Positions 1 through 9,675 of a stretch of 41,791 nt of DNA are shown one piece after another (the stretch's first letter is position 1; every line of letters starts with the position of its first letter). The notes under the pieces were generated by a model. The model did not search any database and was not told the origin of the DNA. It worked only from the letters and a program-made list of their open reading frames with translations. The translations under genes and the position numbers were made by a program. This stretch comes from Anaerolineae bacterium (GTDB lineage Bacteria > Chloroflexota > Anaerolineae > S140-20), in contig JALUTT010000076.1 in the NCBI GenBank assembly GCA_027021705.1, positions 1 to 41,791 of the forward strand. The letters run 5' to 3'.

Positions 1-455
1 AGCCAGGCCAGCGTGTAGTTGCCCAGGAAGAAGAAGCCGATGACGAAGAGGATCGGTCCCAGCCAGGAGCCCAGGTTCACCACGGGCACCAGGCTGCCCC
101 GCAGCCGTAGTAGAGCGTATCCCTCCTTGTCCTGGAGCGCGTGGCCCACCTCGTGGGCGACGATGGCCAAGGAGGCCACCGAGGGAACACGCGCCACACC
201 ATCGGAAAGGCGCAGCGACTTAGATCGAGGGTCATAGTGGTCGGTCAGGTGGCCCGGCGTGCGATCGAGCTGGACGTGATAGAGGCCGCCGGAGCGCAGG
301 AGGCGCTGGGCTGCCTCCCAGCCTGTGATGCCCAGGCTGTTGGCCACACGGGTATACCGGTTGTAGGCGCTCTGCACCTTGTACTGAGCGTAGAAGGCGA
401 AGAGCAGCGCCGGCAGGGCAAAGACCAGGTAAAGTGGGTCGAAGTACCAGAACAT
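1..455 (-). CDS. Zinc metallopeptidase, YugP/Zn_peptidase_2 family (3' end runs off the window)
   Basis: Not in the ORF track. Manual translation from ATG at 455 gives MFWYFDPLYLVFALPALLFAFYAQYKVQSAY...LTDHYDPRSKSLRLS...AIVAHEVGHALQD, with HEXXH and the family DHYDP motif. GGAGG-type RBS upstream. Confidence 0.9.
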   Translation of the reverse strand, partial: MFWYFDPLYLVFALPALLFAFYAQYKVQSAYNRYTRVANSLGITGWEAAQRLLRSGGLYHVQLDRTPGHLTDHYDPRSKSLRLSDGVARVPSVASLAIVAHEVGHALQDKEGYALLRLRGSLVPVVNLGSWLGPILFVIGFFFLGNYTLAW

Positions 456-474
456 CCTCCCTCACCTCTTGGCG

Positions 475-523
475 AAATTGCAAATTGCAGATTGCAAGTT
501 GCGAGTTGCGGATTGCAGGTTGC
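475..523. repeat. Degenerate 7-bp tandem repeat (RRRTTGC) x7
   Basis: aaattgc aaattgc agattgc aagttgc gagttgc ggattgc aggttgc. Confidence 0.9.
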
Positions 524-558
524 AGCGGAGAGAAGACCGCCGGATTTCTCGGCCTCTG

Positions 559-567
559 ATTATACCA
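559..567 (-). promoter_or_regulatory. Extended -10 (TGgTATAAT) for the yugP-like gene
   Basis: Reverse complement of attatacca, about 100 bp upstream of the ATG at 455. Confidence 0.6.
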
Positions 568-678
568 CAAAAGGCGTTAGAGGAACATTAGATGTTTCTA
601 AGAGCGTCGCAAGAAATCGCCATCGTGCTTCCCGGCAAAGGAGTGCTCGACGGATATTTGGTGGTATCTATTCGGCCT

Positions 679-775
679 ACCCTCCCGCAGGTCACCGGTC
701 GAGAGCGCTTTCAGCCCCGATGGGCTATTTGAAGCACGGTCTCGCGTCGGAAACGCGCCTAACCTGCGGGAGGGT
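679..775. repeat. 14-bp perfect inverted repeat of a dispersed CCCTCCCGCAGG family
   Basis: accctcccgcaggt (679-692) and acctgcgggagggt (762-775). The same core recurs at about 7029 and 12893-13064. Confidence 0.75.
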
Positions 776-992
776 GGACAGTTTTGGTGTACCTATTCCC
801 CATATGGCTATACCGCTATCGAAAAGCGGTGATTGCCCATATCTTTGGAGATAGGGAGACCAGCCGTCCACGAGGAGCACGAATACACGAATTAAGGACC
901 GCCTCATCCGTGCATTTGTGAGAAATTCGTGGACGGCCCGCTACGGACCACTCTCTCGCTCCCTTGTGGGTAATCACCAGCATCGAAAAAGG

Positions 993-1021
993 TTGCCCTT
1001 TATGTCCGATTGCGGTATACT
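993..1021 (+). promoter_or_regulatory. Sigma70-type promoter TTGCCC-N17-TATACT
   Basis: -35 at 993-998, -10 at 1016-1021, 17-bp spacer. Confidence 0.6.
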
Positions 1022-1052
1022 TGCTCCCCAAAGTAAGCCACAGGAAGGCCAA

Positions 1053-1172
1053 ATGCATACGGCGAAAGTCTCAACCGAGGTATACGTGCCGGACAGCTTC
1101 GCGGTCCTGGCGCTGCTAGAGGGGGAGGGAAGCGGGAAAGCCGTGCTGGAGTTGCTACGACGCAGGGGGTAA
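1053..1172 (+). pseudogene. Truncated PIN-domain (VapC-like) toxin remnant
   Basis: MHTAKVSTEVYVPDSFAVLALLEGEGSGKAVLELLRRRG* resembles the VapC N-terminus (YVLDSxAxLAxLxxE...V..LL) but stops after 39 aa. Confidence 0.55.
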
Positions 1173-1192
1173 GCTGCTTGCCGGAGGCACCG

Positions 1193-3214
1193 ATGCGACT
1201 GCACCTCCCCAACGACCGGCGAACCCCCCTGCTACTCCTGCTCGTCACGGCCCTGGCCCTGCTCCTGCGGATGGGCTGGCCGACGCTGGCCGAGTTCAAG
1301 CTGGATGAGGCGATGGTCGTCCGCCGTGCTCTGGCCATTGCCTACGAAGGCGACCGGCCGGCCGTGGGGGCCATCGCCTCCGTAGGCACCTTCCATCCGC
1401 CCCTCCACCTCTACCTGATGGCCCTCCCCCTCCGCCTCTGGCCCGATCCTTTGTCCGCCGTCCTCTTCGTCGGCCTGCTCAACGGGTTGGCCGTGCTCGC
1501 CTGCTACGCCCTGGGGCGGGCCTACCTGGGGCGGGACGTGGGGCTGGTGGCCGCCTACCTCTTCGCCGTCAGCCCCTGGGCCGTCGTCTACGGGCGGAAG
1601 GTCTGGAGCCAGAACCTGCCCCTCGTCACCCTGGCCTTCTTCGCCGCCCTCCTCGCCGCCCTCGTCCGGGGCCGGCCCTGGGCGCTGACCGCTGCCTTCG
1701 TCGCCCTGGCCGCCCTCATCGGCCTCCACCTGGGCGGCCTGGCCTTCCTGCTCCTGCTCCTGATCGCCCTGCTCCTCTACCGCAGGCAGGTAGCCCGTCG
1801 CCCGCTGCTGGTCGGCCTCCTGCTCTTCCTGCTGGCCCTCTCCCCCTACCTGATCCACGACGGCCTCCACGGCTGGCCCAAGGTGCGGGGCTTCCTCCGC
1901 TACACGGGCGGAACCGCCCACTTCTCCGCCGACGCCCTGCGTTACGCCTTTCTCCTCACCGGCGGCGAGGGCATCCCCGCCCTGGCCGGCAGCCGCTTCT
2001 TGGCCTACCGAGCCGGCCTGCCCAACCTCTGGTGGCTCAACGGGCTCCTGATGGGCCTGCTGGCCCTCGCCCTCCCTTACACCCTCTTCCAGGCCCTCCG
2101 GGGAACGAAACCGCGCCGCCGGACCCTCGTGCTGCTCCTCCTATGGTTCGCCCTCCCCATCCTCTTGCAAAGCCGCCCCTCCACACCCGTCTATCCCCAC
2201 TACTTCATCCTGCTCTACCCGGTCCAGTTCCTGCTCGTCGCCTTCCTGCTGGTGGACGGTGGAGGCCGCCTGCCCGACCTCTCGCTGCCGCTGGGCGCTC
2301 GTCGCCTCCCCCTCAAGGGGCTGCTCCTGGTGGCCGGCCTGCTCCTGTGGGGCGGCTGGCAGATCGCCGTCCTGGGGCGGCTCTTCGTCTTTATGGACCG
2401 CTATCCCACGACCGGCGGCTACGGCATCCCCCTCAAGTACCCCCGACAGGCAGCCCAAGAGGCCCGACGCCTGGCCAGCCCCGCCGAGATCATCGTCCTG
2501 AGCCCGGGGATGACGCCCACGGTGGATGAGACACCGACGGTCTTCGAGGCTCTTCTCTTCGGACACCCCCACCGCTTTGCCGACGGGCGCCAAGCGCTGC
2601 CGGTGCCGGACGCCACCAGCACCGTCTATCTCGTGGGTCCGGTGGAGCCGGGCGAAGGGGACCTGGCCCCCCTGCTGAGGCGGCTGGAGGCGATGGGCTA
2701 CGGCCACGTCGGCCCCACCATCCCCCTGCCCGACGGCTGGAGCTACCGGCTCTTCTACCGGGACGGGCCGGATCGGGAGGACGTCCTGGCCGAGATGGTC
2801 CGCTTCCCCGCCCCCATCCCCTTCGCCAACGGCGTCGCCTTCTTGGGCTACGCCCTGGACGGGCAGGCGGTGGCCGGAGAGGTGCTGGAGGTCTGGCTGG
2901 CCTGGTGGGTCCGCTCCCCTCCGCCCCCGGGGACCGACTACCACTTCTTCACCCACCTGCTGGACGAAGCAGGGCAACGATGGGCCCAACACGACGGGAT
3001 CGGCTTCCCCACGTCCTCCTGGCGGGCCGGCGACCTGGTCCTCAGCCGCTTCACCCTCCCGCTCCCCCAGGACCTCCCTTCGGGACGTTACCGGATCTGG
3101 GCCGGCCTCTACACCTACCCCGACATCGTCAACGTCCCCGTCCTGGACGAGGCCGGCAATCCGGCCGGCGATGGCGCGGTGCTGGGGGAGATCACCGTGG
3201 GAGAGGGAGGGTAG
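1193..3214 (+). CDS. GT-C fold (ArnT/PMT_2, GT39-like) membrane glycosyltransferase with extracytoplasmic C-terminal domain
   Basis: Multi-TM protein; DE motif after TM1 (FKLDEA), HPPL, AAxLxAVSPW. GGAGG precedes ATG 1193. Confidence 0.8.
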   Translation: MRLHLPNDRRTPLLLLLVTALALLLRMGWPTLAEFKLDEAMVVRRALAIAYEGDRPAVGAIASVGTFHPPLHLYLMALPLRLWPDPLSAVLFVGLLNGLAVLACYALGRAYLGRDVGLVAAYLFAVSPWAVVYGRKVWSQNLPLVTLAFFAALLAALVRGRPWALTAAFVALAALIGLHLGGLAFLLLLLIALLLYRRQVARRPLLVGLLLFLLALSPYLIHDGLHGWPKVRGFLRYTGGTAHFSADALRYAFLLTGGEGIPALAGSRFLAYRAGLPNLWWLNGLLMGLLALALPYTLFQALRGTKPRRRTLVLLLLWFALPILLQSRPSTPVYPHYFILLYPVQFLLVAFLLVDGGGRLPDLSLPLGARRLPLKGLLLVAGLLLWGGWQIAVLGRLFVFMDRYPTTGGYGIPLKYPRQAAQEARRLASPAEIIVLSPGMTPTVDETPTVFEALLFGHPHRFADGRQALPVPDATSTVYLVGPVEPGEGDLAPLLRRLEAMGYGHVGPTIPLPDGWSYRLFYRDGPDREDVLAEMVRFPAPIPFANGVAFLGYALDGQAVAGEVLEVWLAWWVRSPPPPGTDYHFFTHLLDEAGQRWAQHDGIGFPTSSWRAGDLVLSRFTLPLPQDLPSGRYRIWAGLYTYPDIVNVPVLDEAGNPAGDGAVLGEITVGEGG

Positions 3215-3217
3215 GCG

Positions 3218-5593
3218 GTGAGGCGACGAGACTGGGGGGTGGTGAGGCGATGGGCCCATAGGGTGGCAAGGCGGGACGGCATCATCGCATCACTGCTGCT
3301 GGCCCTCGCTGTCTTGATCTTCTACTGGCCCATCACTTTGGCCGGCCACTGGATGCCCAGCGGAGGGGGTGACCTCGTCTCTTTCCTGTGGCCCACCTAC
3401 CGTTTCGCCGCTCGCAGCCTGCGCCAGGGGGTCATCCCCCTTTGGAACCCTTACCTCTACAGCGGTGTTCCTTTCGTCGCCGACAACCAGGCCGGCCTTT
3501 TCTACCCGGTCAACTTGGCACTCTTCCTGCTTCTGGGCGACCCCAGCTATCGGATGATGGAAGCCCTGGTTATGGCTCACGTCTGGTGGGCCGGCCTGGG
3601 CTTCTACCGGCTGGCCCGACCGGAGGGGGGACGCTGGGGGGCGCTGGTTGGTGCGGTGGCCTTCGCTTTTTCCGATCTCTTCATCGTCCACTTCGGCAAC
3701 TTGAACCTGGTTGCCGTCGCTGCCTGGCTGCCCTGGCTCTTCCTGGGACTGCGCCGGGCGCTGCCGTGGGGAAGGCCCTGGCGAGAACGAATCTCAGCCG
3801 CCCTCAGCAGCGGCCTCGTCCTCGGCCTGGCAACGCTGGCCGGCCACGCCCAGATGAGCCTCTACCTGGCCCTGGCCGCCGGCCTCTACGCCCTCTACAT
3901 GGCCGGGGAACGGCTCCGGCATCGGGATGGGCGGGAGGCGCTGGCCGTGCTCGCCCTGCTGGCCGCCACGGGCCTCGTCGGAGCAGGGGTGGCCGCCGTG
4001 GCCCTGCTCCCCACCTTGGAGATGCTGACCTTCACCGGACGGGCAGCACTCCCCTACGAGGAAGCGGCCCGCTATGCCCTCCCCTGGCCGGCCCTGACCG
4101 GGTTCCTGGCCCCGGGCCTCTTCGGGCGGGGGCCGGCCCGCTTCTGGGGACCATGGGACCGCGTCGAGACGGGCTACCTGGGCGTCCTCCCCCTGCTCTT
4201 GGCCCTCTGGGGCGCGATGCCCGACTGGCGTCCGGGTCGGCGACGGCCCTCCCCTTCCCTTACATCTCTCCCCACCGGCTTCCTGCTCCTCCTCCTCAGC
4301 CTCGCGCTATTGCTGGGGCTGGGCCCCCACACGCCGGTGCATCGCTGGGCCTACGACCTCCTGCCGGGCTTCCGCTCGGTGCGAGCACCGGCCCGCCTTG
4401 TGCTCCTGGCCGACTTCGCTCTGGCCCTGCTCGCCGTCCGGGGGCTGGGCCGGCTGCTCTCCCCCCTCTCCCGCCGGGAGCGCCGACGGCTCACCTCCTG
4501 GCTGATAGGGGCCGGTGGGCTCGGCGTCGTGGGGCTGCTTCTGCTGGCTCGGACCTACCAGGCCGTGGTGGCCGCCCGTCCGGAGACGAGGACCCCAGAC
4601 CACCTGATGGGAGCCTGGTGGGCTGGCATGACCTTCGCCCTTCTCTGGGGGGCCGGCATGGAACTCCTCATCCTCCGTCGGCAAGGGCTCCTCTCCCCAC
4701 GCCGTCTCGGCCCCATCGCCCTGATCCTCACCTTCACCGACCTGACCATCCTGGGCTCCGCTGTGGACGTGGAGGTCAACGATCCGACGGTCGGCTTCCA
4801 GCATCCGGCGGTCGTCGCCTTCCTGCGCCAGGACCCAGCCCTCTTCCGCATCGAGGGGGACGCCGGAGCTTGGCAGCCGGATGCCGCCCTCGTCCACGGC
4901 CTCTACGACATTGGGGGGGTCTACAACCCGCTAGAACTGGGCCACTACAGCGCTTACCGCTGGTCCGTAGGGTACCGGGGATCTCCCCAGTACAACTTCC
5001 TGGGCGTCAAGTACGTCTTGGCGGACAAGGGAAGGCCGCCGGGAGACGCCACCTTCATTCCCGTCTTCGACGAGGATCCTCAGATAGATGTCTACCTGAA
5101 CACCAGAGCACTGCCCCGTGCCCTCCTGGTCCGCCGGGCCATCGTCGTGCCCGATGGCGATGCCGCCTTCGCCGCCATCCATGCACCGGGCTTCGACCCG
5201 GCCACGATGGTAGTGGTGGAGCGGGGGCCTCCGCTGTCCCCTCCGGCTGGGGAGGAGGAGAGAGGGCCTCCCCCGACGATCTCCTTCCTGCGCTATGGGC
5301 TGAACGACCTGGCGCTGGAGGTGGTAACACCCACGCCGGCCTATCTGGTCCTCGCCGAGGTGGACTATCCGGGCTGGCGGGCCTGGGTAGATGGCCGGCC
5401 GGCGCCCATCTGGCGGGCCAACTATGCCTTCCGGGCCGTTTACCTGGAAGCGGGCCAACACCAGGTCGAGATGCGCTTCCAGCCGGCCTCCTGGCGCTGG
5501 GGGATGCTCCTGACGGGCCTCACCCTCATCGGGCTGGTCGGCTGGCGGCTCTGCAGCGTTCGTTGTTTGCCTTTTACCTGGAATGGGTTATAA
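3218..5593 (+). CDS. YfhO-family membrane protein (GT-C)
   Basis: G.IPLWNPY..SGVPF.AD.QAGLFYP at the N-terminus, R.PAR, and C-terminal DYPGWRAWVDG...ANYAFRAVYLEAGQH. Confidence 0.85.
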   Translation: MRRRDWGVVRRWAHRVARRDGIIASLLLALAVLIFYWPITLAGHWMPSGGGDLVSFLWPTYRFAARSLRQGVIPLWNPYLYSGVPFVADNQAGLFYPVNLALFLLLGDPSYRMMEALVMAHVWWAGLGFYRLARPEGGRWGALVGAVAFAFSDLFIVHFGNLNLVAVAAWLPWLFLGLRRALPWGRPWRERISAALSSGLVLGLATLAGHAQMSLYLALAAGLYALYMAGERLRHRDGREALAVLALLAATGLVGAGVAAVALLPTLEMLTFTGRAALPYEEAARYALPWPALTGFLAPGLFGRGPARFWGPWDRVETGYLGVLPLLLALWGAMPDWRPGRRRPSPSLTSLPTGFLLLLLSLALLLGLGPHTPVHRWAYDLLPGFRSVRAPARLVLLADFALALLAVRGLGRLLSPLSRRERRRLTSWLIGAGGLGVVGLLLLARTYQAVVAARPETRTPDHLMGAWWAGMTFALLWGAGMELLILRRQGLLSPRRLGPIALILTFTDLTILGSAVDVEVNDPTVGFQHPAVVAFLRQDPALFRIEGDAGAWQPDAALVHGLYDIGGVYNPLELGHYSAYRWSVGYRGSPQYNFLGVKYVLADKGRPPGDATFIPVFDEDPQIDVYLNTRALPRALLVRRAIVVPDGDAAFAAIHAPGFDPATMVVVERGPPLSPPAGEEERGPPPTISFLRYGLNDLALEVVTPTPAYLVLAEVDYPGWRAWVDGRPAPIWRANYAFRAVYLEAGQHQVEMRFQPASWRWGMLLTGLTLIGLVGWRLCSVRCLPFTWNGL

Positions 5594-5594
5594 T
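5567..5594 (+). promoter_or_regulatory. rpsA promoter, TTGCCT-N16-TATAAT, overlapping the upstream stop codon
   Basis: Consensus TATAAT at 5589-5594, about 37 bp before the rpsA ATG. Confidence 0.65.
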
Positions 5595-5630
5595 ATCTCC
5601 GTACAAAACTAATCCAAGAGGGAAGGTCGC

Positions 5631-6914
5631 ATGAACGAATCTATGGGGGGCACCGACGGCGGTATCGTCGTTGGCTCACCGCAGGCTTCCCATCCGATGA
5701 TGGGGCTGCTGGAATCGCCGGAGTACGGGTATCAACCCCTCCGGCAAGGAGAAATCCGTAAAGGGGTCATCGTCCAGATCACACCCAACGAGATCCTGGT
5801 GGATCTGGGCCTGAAATCGGAAGGAATCGTCACCAGCCGTGACCTGGAACGGGTGCCGGCCGACTTCCTCGCCTCGCTCCAAGTGGGCGACGAGGTTCCG
5901 GTCTACGTCGTCAACCCGGAAGACCGCTACGGCAACGTCATCCTCTCCCTCTCTCGGGCGCAGTTGGCCAAAGATTGGGAGAGGGCTCGGGAGCTCTACG
6001 AGAGCCAGGAGATCTTTCCCGGGCTGGTCTCCAGCTACAACAAGGGCGGGGTCATCGTCCACATCGGGAGTGTGCGTGGCTTCGTGCCCGCCTCTCAGCT
6101 AGACCCGGCCCGTTACCGGTTCAACCGGGACACTCGGGAGACGCCCTGGGCCGAACTGGTGGGCCAGACCCTCCAACTCAAGGTGATCGAGATTGACCCG
6201 GAGCGCAACCGCCTTATCCTGTCGGAGCGGGCTGCCATCCGTGAGTGGCGCAAGGCCCAGAAAGAACGCTTGTTGAATGAGCTTCAGGAAGGCGAGGTGC
6301 GCACAGGGCAGGTGATCAGCCTGGCCGACTTCGGAGCCTTTGTAGACCTGGGCGGGGCCGACGGGCTGATCCACCTCTCCGAGCTCTCCTGGAAGCGGGT
6401 GAACCACCCCCGGGAGGTGCTGGAGCTAGGGCAGGAGGTCGAGGTCTACGTCCTCAACGTGGATCGGGAGAACAAGCGCATTGGGCTCAGCCTCAAACGC
6501 CTCCAGCCCGATCCCTGGACGCTGATCGCGGAGCAGTATCAGGTCGGCCAGTTGGTAGAAGGCGTCATCACCAAGTTGGTGAAGTTCGGGGCTTTCGCCC
6601 GTATCAAGGGCGAAGAGGAGATCGAAGGGCTGATCCACATCTCTGAGCTCTCAGACGACCACGTGACCCACCCCCAGGAGGTCGTCCACGAGGGCCAGGA
6701 GGTGATCATGCGCATCATCCGCATTGACACAGAGCGCCGCAGGATGGGCTTGAGCCTGAAGCGGGTTGCCGATCCCCGATACGCCGACCAGGATTGGCAG
6801 GCCGAATTAGAGGCTGCCCGGCAAGAGGCCACCCAAGAGGTCGAAGAGGAGACAAGCGGATCCGAGGAAGAGCAAACAGACGAAAGTGGATCGGAGCAGA
6901 CGCTCGAGGTGTAG
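5631..6914 (+). CDS. rpsA: 30S ribosomal protein S1 (four S1 domains)
   Basis: Repeated S1 motifs ([45 protein letters not shown]...[10 protein letters not shown]) and an acidic tail. Confidence 0.93.
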   Translation: MNESMGGTDGGIVVGSPQASHPMMGLLESPEYGYQPLRQGEIRKGVIVQITPNEILVDLGLKSEGIVTSRDLERVPADFLASLQVGDEVPVYVVNPEDRYGNVILSLSRAQLAKDWERARELYESQEIFPGLVSSYNKGGVIVHIGSVRGFVPASQLDPARYRFNRDTRETPWAELVGQTLQLKVIEIDPERNRLILSERAAIREWRKAQKERLLNELQEGEVRTGQVISLADFGAFVDLGGADGLIHLSELSWKRVNHPREVLELGQEVEVYVLNVDRENKRIGLSLKRLQPDPWTLIAEQYQVGQLVEGVITKLVKFGAFARIKGEEEIEGLIHISELSDDHVTHPQEVVHEGQEVIMRIIRIDTERRRMGLSLKRVADPRYADQDWQAELEAARQEATQEVEEETSGSEEEQTDESGSEQTLEV

Positions 6915-6920
6915 CAAGTT

Positions 6921-6955
6921 GGGCTCCCACGCCCGATCGAGGGGTGTGGGAGCCT
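6921..6955 (+). terminator. GC-rich hairpin after rpsA, no clear U tract
   Basis: ggctcccacgccc ... gggtgtgggagcc. Confidence 0.45.
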
Positions 6956-7077
6956 GCTGAATTCCAGAGACGCACAGGAACGCGCTGGCAAACGTCGAGG
7001 AAGGCAAGGTTGACGGTTGTTGAAAGACACCTGCGGGAGTCCCTGGAGGCTCTCAGAAGGTGTGGGAGGGATGAACG

Positions 7078-9570
7078 GTGGCTAACAATCTGGAACGGTT
7101 CACACAGCGGGCAAGACGGGTCCTGACCCTGGCCCAGGAGGAGGCAGAGCGACTTCGACACAGCTACATCGGGACCGAGCACCTTCTGTTGGGCTTGATC
7201 CGAGAGGAGAGCGGCGTCGCCGGCCGCGTACTGCGGAAGCTGGGGCTCGACGTCCGCCGGGTCCAGCAGATGGTGGAACGGATGACAGGGACAGGTCGTC
7301 GCACTCCCTTTGGCCGGATGGACCTGACGCCACGCACCAAGCGGGTGATCGAGCTGGCCGTGGATGAGGCCCGTCGAATGGGCCATCACTACATCGGCAC
7401 CGAGCACCTGCTGTTGGGCCTGGTCCGCCAGGGCGATGGCGTGGCCATTGACATCCTGCGTCAACTGGGAATCAGCCCTGAACAGGTTCGCCGGGAGACC
7501 CAACGGGCCATCCAGCAGAGTCCCGTCTACGCCGAACAGACCCGGCGCAAGAAACAGGTCAAGACCCCGCTGGTGGACCAACTGGCCACAGACCTGACGG
7601 CGCTGGCCGCCGAGGGGAAGCTGGACCCGGTCATCGGTCGGCAGACGGAGATCGAACGGGTGATCCAGATCCTCTCCCGCCGGACGAAGAACAACCCGGT
7701 GCTCATCGGCGAGCCGGGTGTGGGGAAGACGGCCATCGTCGAGGGGCTGGCCCAGCGCATCGTCGAGGGCCAGGTGCCAGAACCCCTGCTGGACAAACGG
7801 GTACTCCAGCTCGACGTGGGCTCTCTGGTCGCAGGCACGATGTACCGAGGGCAGTTCGAGGAACGCCTGAAGAAGGTGATCGAGGAACTGAAGTCGAGCG
7901 AGAGCATTCTCTTCATTGACGAGGTCCACATGCTGGTCGGCGCAGGGGCTGCTGGCAGTTCGGTGGACGCGGCCAACATCCTGAAGCCGGCCCTGGCCCG
8001 GGGCGAACTGCAGTGCATCGGCGCGACGACACTGGATGAGTACCGCCGCTACATCGAATCGGACGCGGCTCTGGAGCGCCGCTTCCAGCCCATCCTCGTG
8101 GAGGAGCCCAGCATCGAGGACACCATCGAGATCCTCCAGGGGATCAAGAAGCCCTACGAGGAGCACCACCGGCTGCGCATCTCCGACGAGGCCATCTACG
8201 CCGCCGCCCACCTCTCGGCCCGCTACGTGCCCGACCGCTACCTGCCCGACAAGGCGATAGACCTGATAGACGAGACCGCCTCGCGGGTGCGGATGTACAA
8301 GCTTCCCCAGGCCCAGGGGCTGCAGCAGACCTTCAGCGACCTGAAGCGCATCCAGCGAGAGCGCCAGCTCGCTATGGAAGAGGCCCGCTACGAGGACGCC
8401 GCCGACCTGCGGGAGCGGGAGCGGGAGCTCCAGGAGAAGATCGAGCAGCTCCGTATGGGCTGGAACGACCTCTCCTCGGCCCCCGAGGTCACCGCTGAGG
8501 ACATCGCCGAAGTCGTCTCGATGTGGACGGGCATCCCGGTGATGCGCATTGCCGCCGAGGAGTCGGAACGGCTCCTCCACATGGAAGAGGCGCTGAGGGC
8601 CCGCATCGTGGGCCAGGATGAGGCAATCACGGCCATCGCCAAGGCCGTCCGTCGCGCCCGGGCCGGGCTAAAGGACCCCCGACGCCCCATCGGCTCCTTC
8701 ATCTTCCTGGGGCCCACCGGCGTGGGCAAGACGGAGCTGACCAAGGCGCTGGCCGAGTTCATGTTCGGCAGCGAGGAGGCTCTCATCCAACTGGATATGA
8801 GCGAGTTCATGGAGCGGCACACGGTCGCCCGGCTGGTCGGTGCCCCGCCCGGCTACATCGGCTACGAGGACGCCGGACAGCTCACCGAGGCGATCCGCCG
8901 CCGCCCCTACTCCATCGTCGTCTTCGACGAGATCGAGAAGGCCCACCCCGAGGTCTTCAACATGCTCCTCCAAATCATGGAAGAAGGTCATCTCTCCGAT
9001 GCCCGGGGGCGAAAGGTGGACTTCCGCAACACCATCATCATTATGACCTCCAACGTGGGGGCGGAGATGATCAAGCGGAGCACCAGCCTGGGCTTCGTCG
9101 TCCAGCGGGATGAGGAGCGGGAGGCCGAGGACGCCTACCAGGAGATGCGGGAGAAGCTGCTGAGCCAGCTCAAGCGGGTCTTCCGCCCGGAGTTCCTCAA
9201 CCGCCTGGATGGGGTGATCGTCTTCCGCGCCCTGGGTAAGGAGGAGATCAAGCGGATCGTGGACCTGGAGCTGGGGAAGGTGAGGGAACGGCTCCAGGAG
9301 CACCAGGTGGAGATGGAAGTTACAGAGGCGGCCAAGGAACTGCTGGCCCGTGAGGGCTACGATCCCGACTACGGAGCCCGACCGCTGCGCCGGGTGATCC
9401 AGAACAGAGTGGAAGATGCCCTCTCCGACGCCCTGCTGGCCGGCCGCTTCCACGAGGGGGACACTATCATCGTGGATGCCGTGGACGACGAGATCGTCCT
9501 CCGGGGCGAGACCATCCCAGAGGGAGAACCCGACCGGCCTGAAGCGATGGAAGCCCCGATGGCGGCCTGA
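7078..9570 (+). CDS. clpC: ATP-dependent Clp protease ATP-binding subunit ClpC
   Basis: Two Clp-N repeats, Walker A motifs GEPGVGKT and GPTGVGKT, short UVR/M domain, LGF ClpP-docking loop, [15 protein letters not shown]. Confidence 0.95.
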   Translation: MANNLERFTQRARRVLTLAQEEAERLRHSYIGTEHLLLGLIREESGVAGRVLRKLGLDVRRVQQMVERMTGTGRRTPFGRMDLTPRTKRVIELAVDEARRMGHHYIGTEHLLLGLVRQGDGVAIDILRQLGISPEQVRRETQRAIQQSPVYAEQTRRKKQVKTPLVDQLATDLTALAAEGKLDPVIGRQTEIERVIQILSRRTKNNPVLIGEPGVGKTAIVEGLAQRIVEGQVPEPLLDKRVLQLDVGSLVAGTMYRGQFEERLKKVIEELKSSESILFIDEVHMLVGAGAAGSSVDAANILKPALARGELQCIGATTLDEYRRYIESDAALERRFQPILVEEPSIEDTIEILQGIKKPYEEHHRLRISDEAIYAAAHLSARYVPDRYLPDKAIDLIDETASRVRMYKLPQAQGLQQTFSDLKRIQRERQLAMEEARYEDAADLRERERELQEKIEQLRMGWNDLSSAPEVTAEDIAEVVSMWTGIPVMRIAAEESERLLHMEEALRARIVGQDEAITAIAKAVRRARAGLKDPRRPIGSFIFLGPTGVGKTELTKALAEFMFGSEEALIQLDMSEFMERHTVARLVGAPPGYIGYEDAGQLTEAIRRRPYSIVVFDEIEKAHPEVFNMLLQIMEEGHLSDARGRKVDFRNTIIIMTSNVGAEMIKRSTSLGFVVQRDEEREAEDAYQEMREKLLSQLKRVFRPEFLNRLDGVIVFRALGKEEIKRIVDLELGKVRERLQEHQVEMEVTEAAKELLAREGYDPDYGARPLRRVIQNRVEDALSDALLAGRFHEGDTIIVDAVDDEIVLRGETIPEGEPDRPEAMEAPMAA

Positions 9571-9614
9571 TCCGGTAGGTGGGAGCAGGCCGAAACCTGC
9601 GAGACGAGTTGAAG

Positions 9615-9654
9615 AGACCAGCCGGTCACCTGACCCGGGGACCGGCTGGTTTGT
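9615..9654 (+). terminator. Intrinsic terminator-like hairpin after clpC
   Basis: accagccggtc (9617-9627) pairs with gaccggctggt (9640-9650), followed by ttgt. Confidence 0.6.
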
Positions 9655-9675
9655 GTGAAGACTGGAGGGCTATCA

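Noticed and set aside
141..1058. ORFs 141-854 (+), 232-570 (-), 725-907 (-) and 816-1058 (-)
   Set aside because: No recognisable motifs. The real gene is the minus-strand peptidase starting at 455 in another frame.
3388..5634. 748-aa alternative-frame ORF, and similar long shadow ORFs such as 6715-8580, 9673-11244, 15633-17636, 18784-20688 and 38868-41057
   Set aside because: They overlap well-supported genes and have low-complexity Pro/Arg/Gly-rich or antisense-type composition, as expected from stop-codon scarcity at high GC.
6955..7077. CtsR or CIRCE heat-shock operator upstream of clpC
   Set aside because: No heptad direct repeat or TTAGCACTC-N9-GAGTGCTAA is visible.
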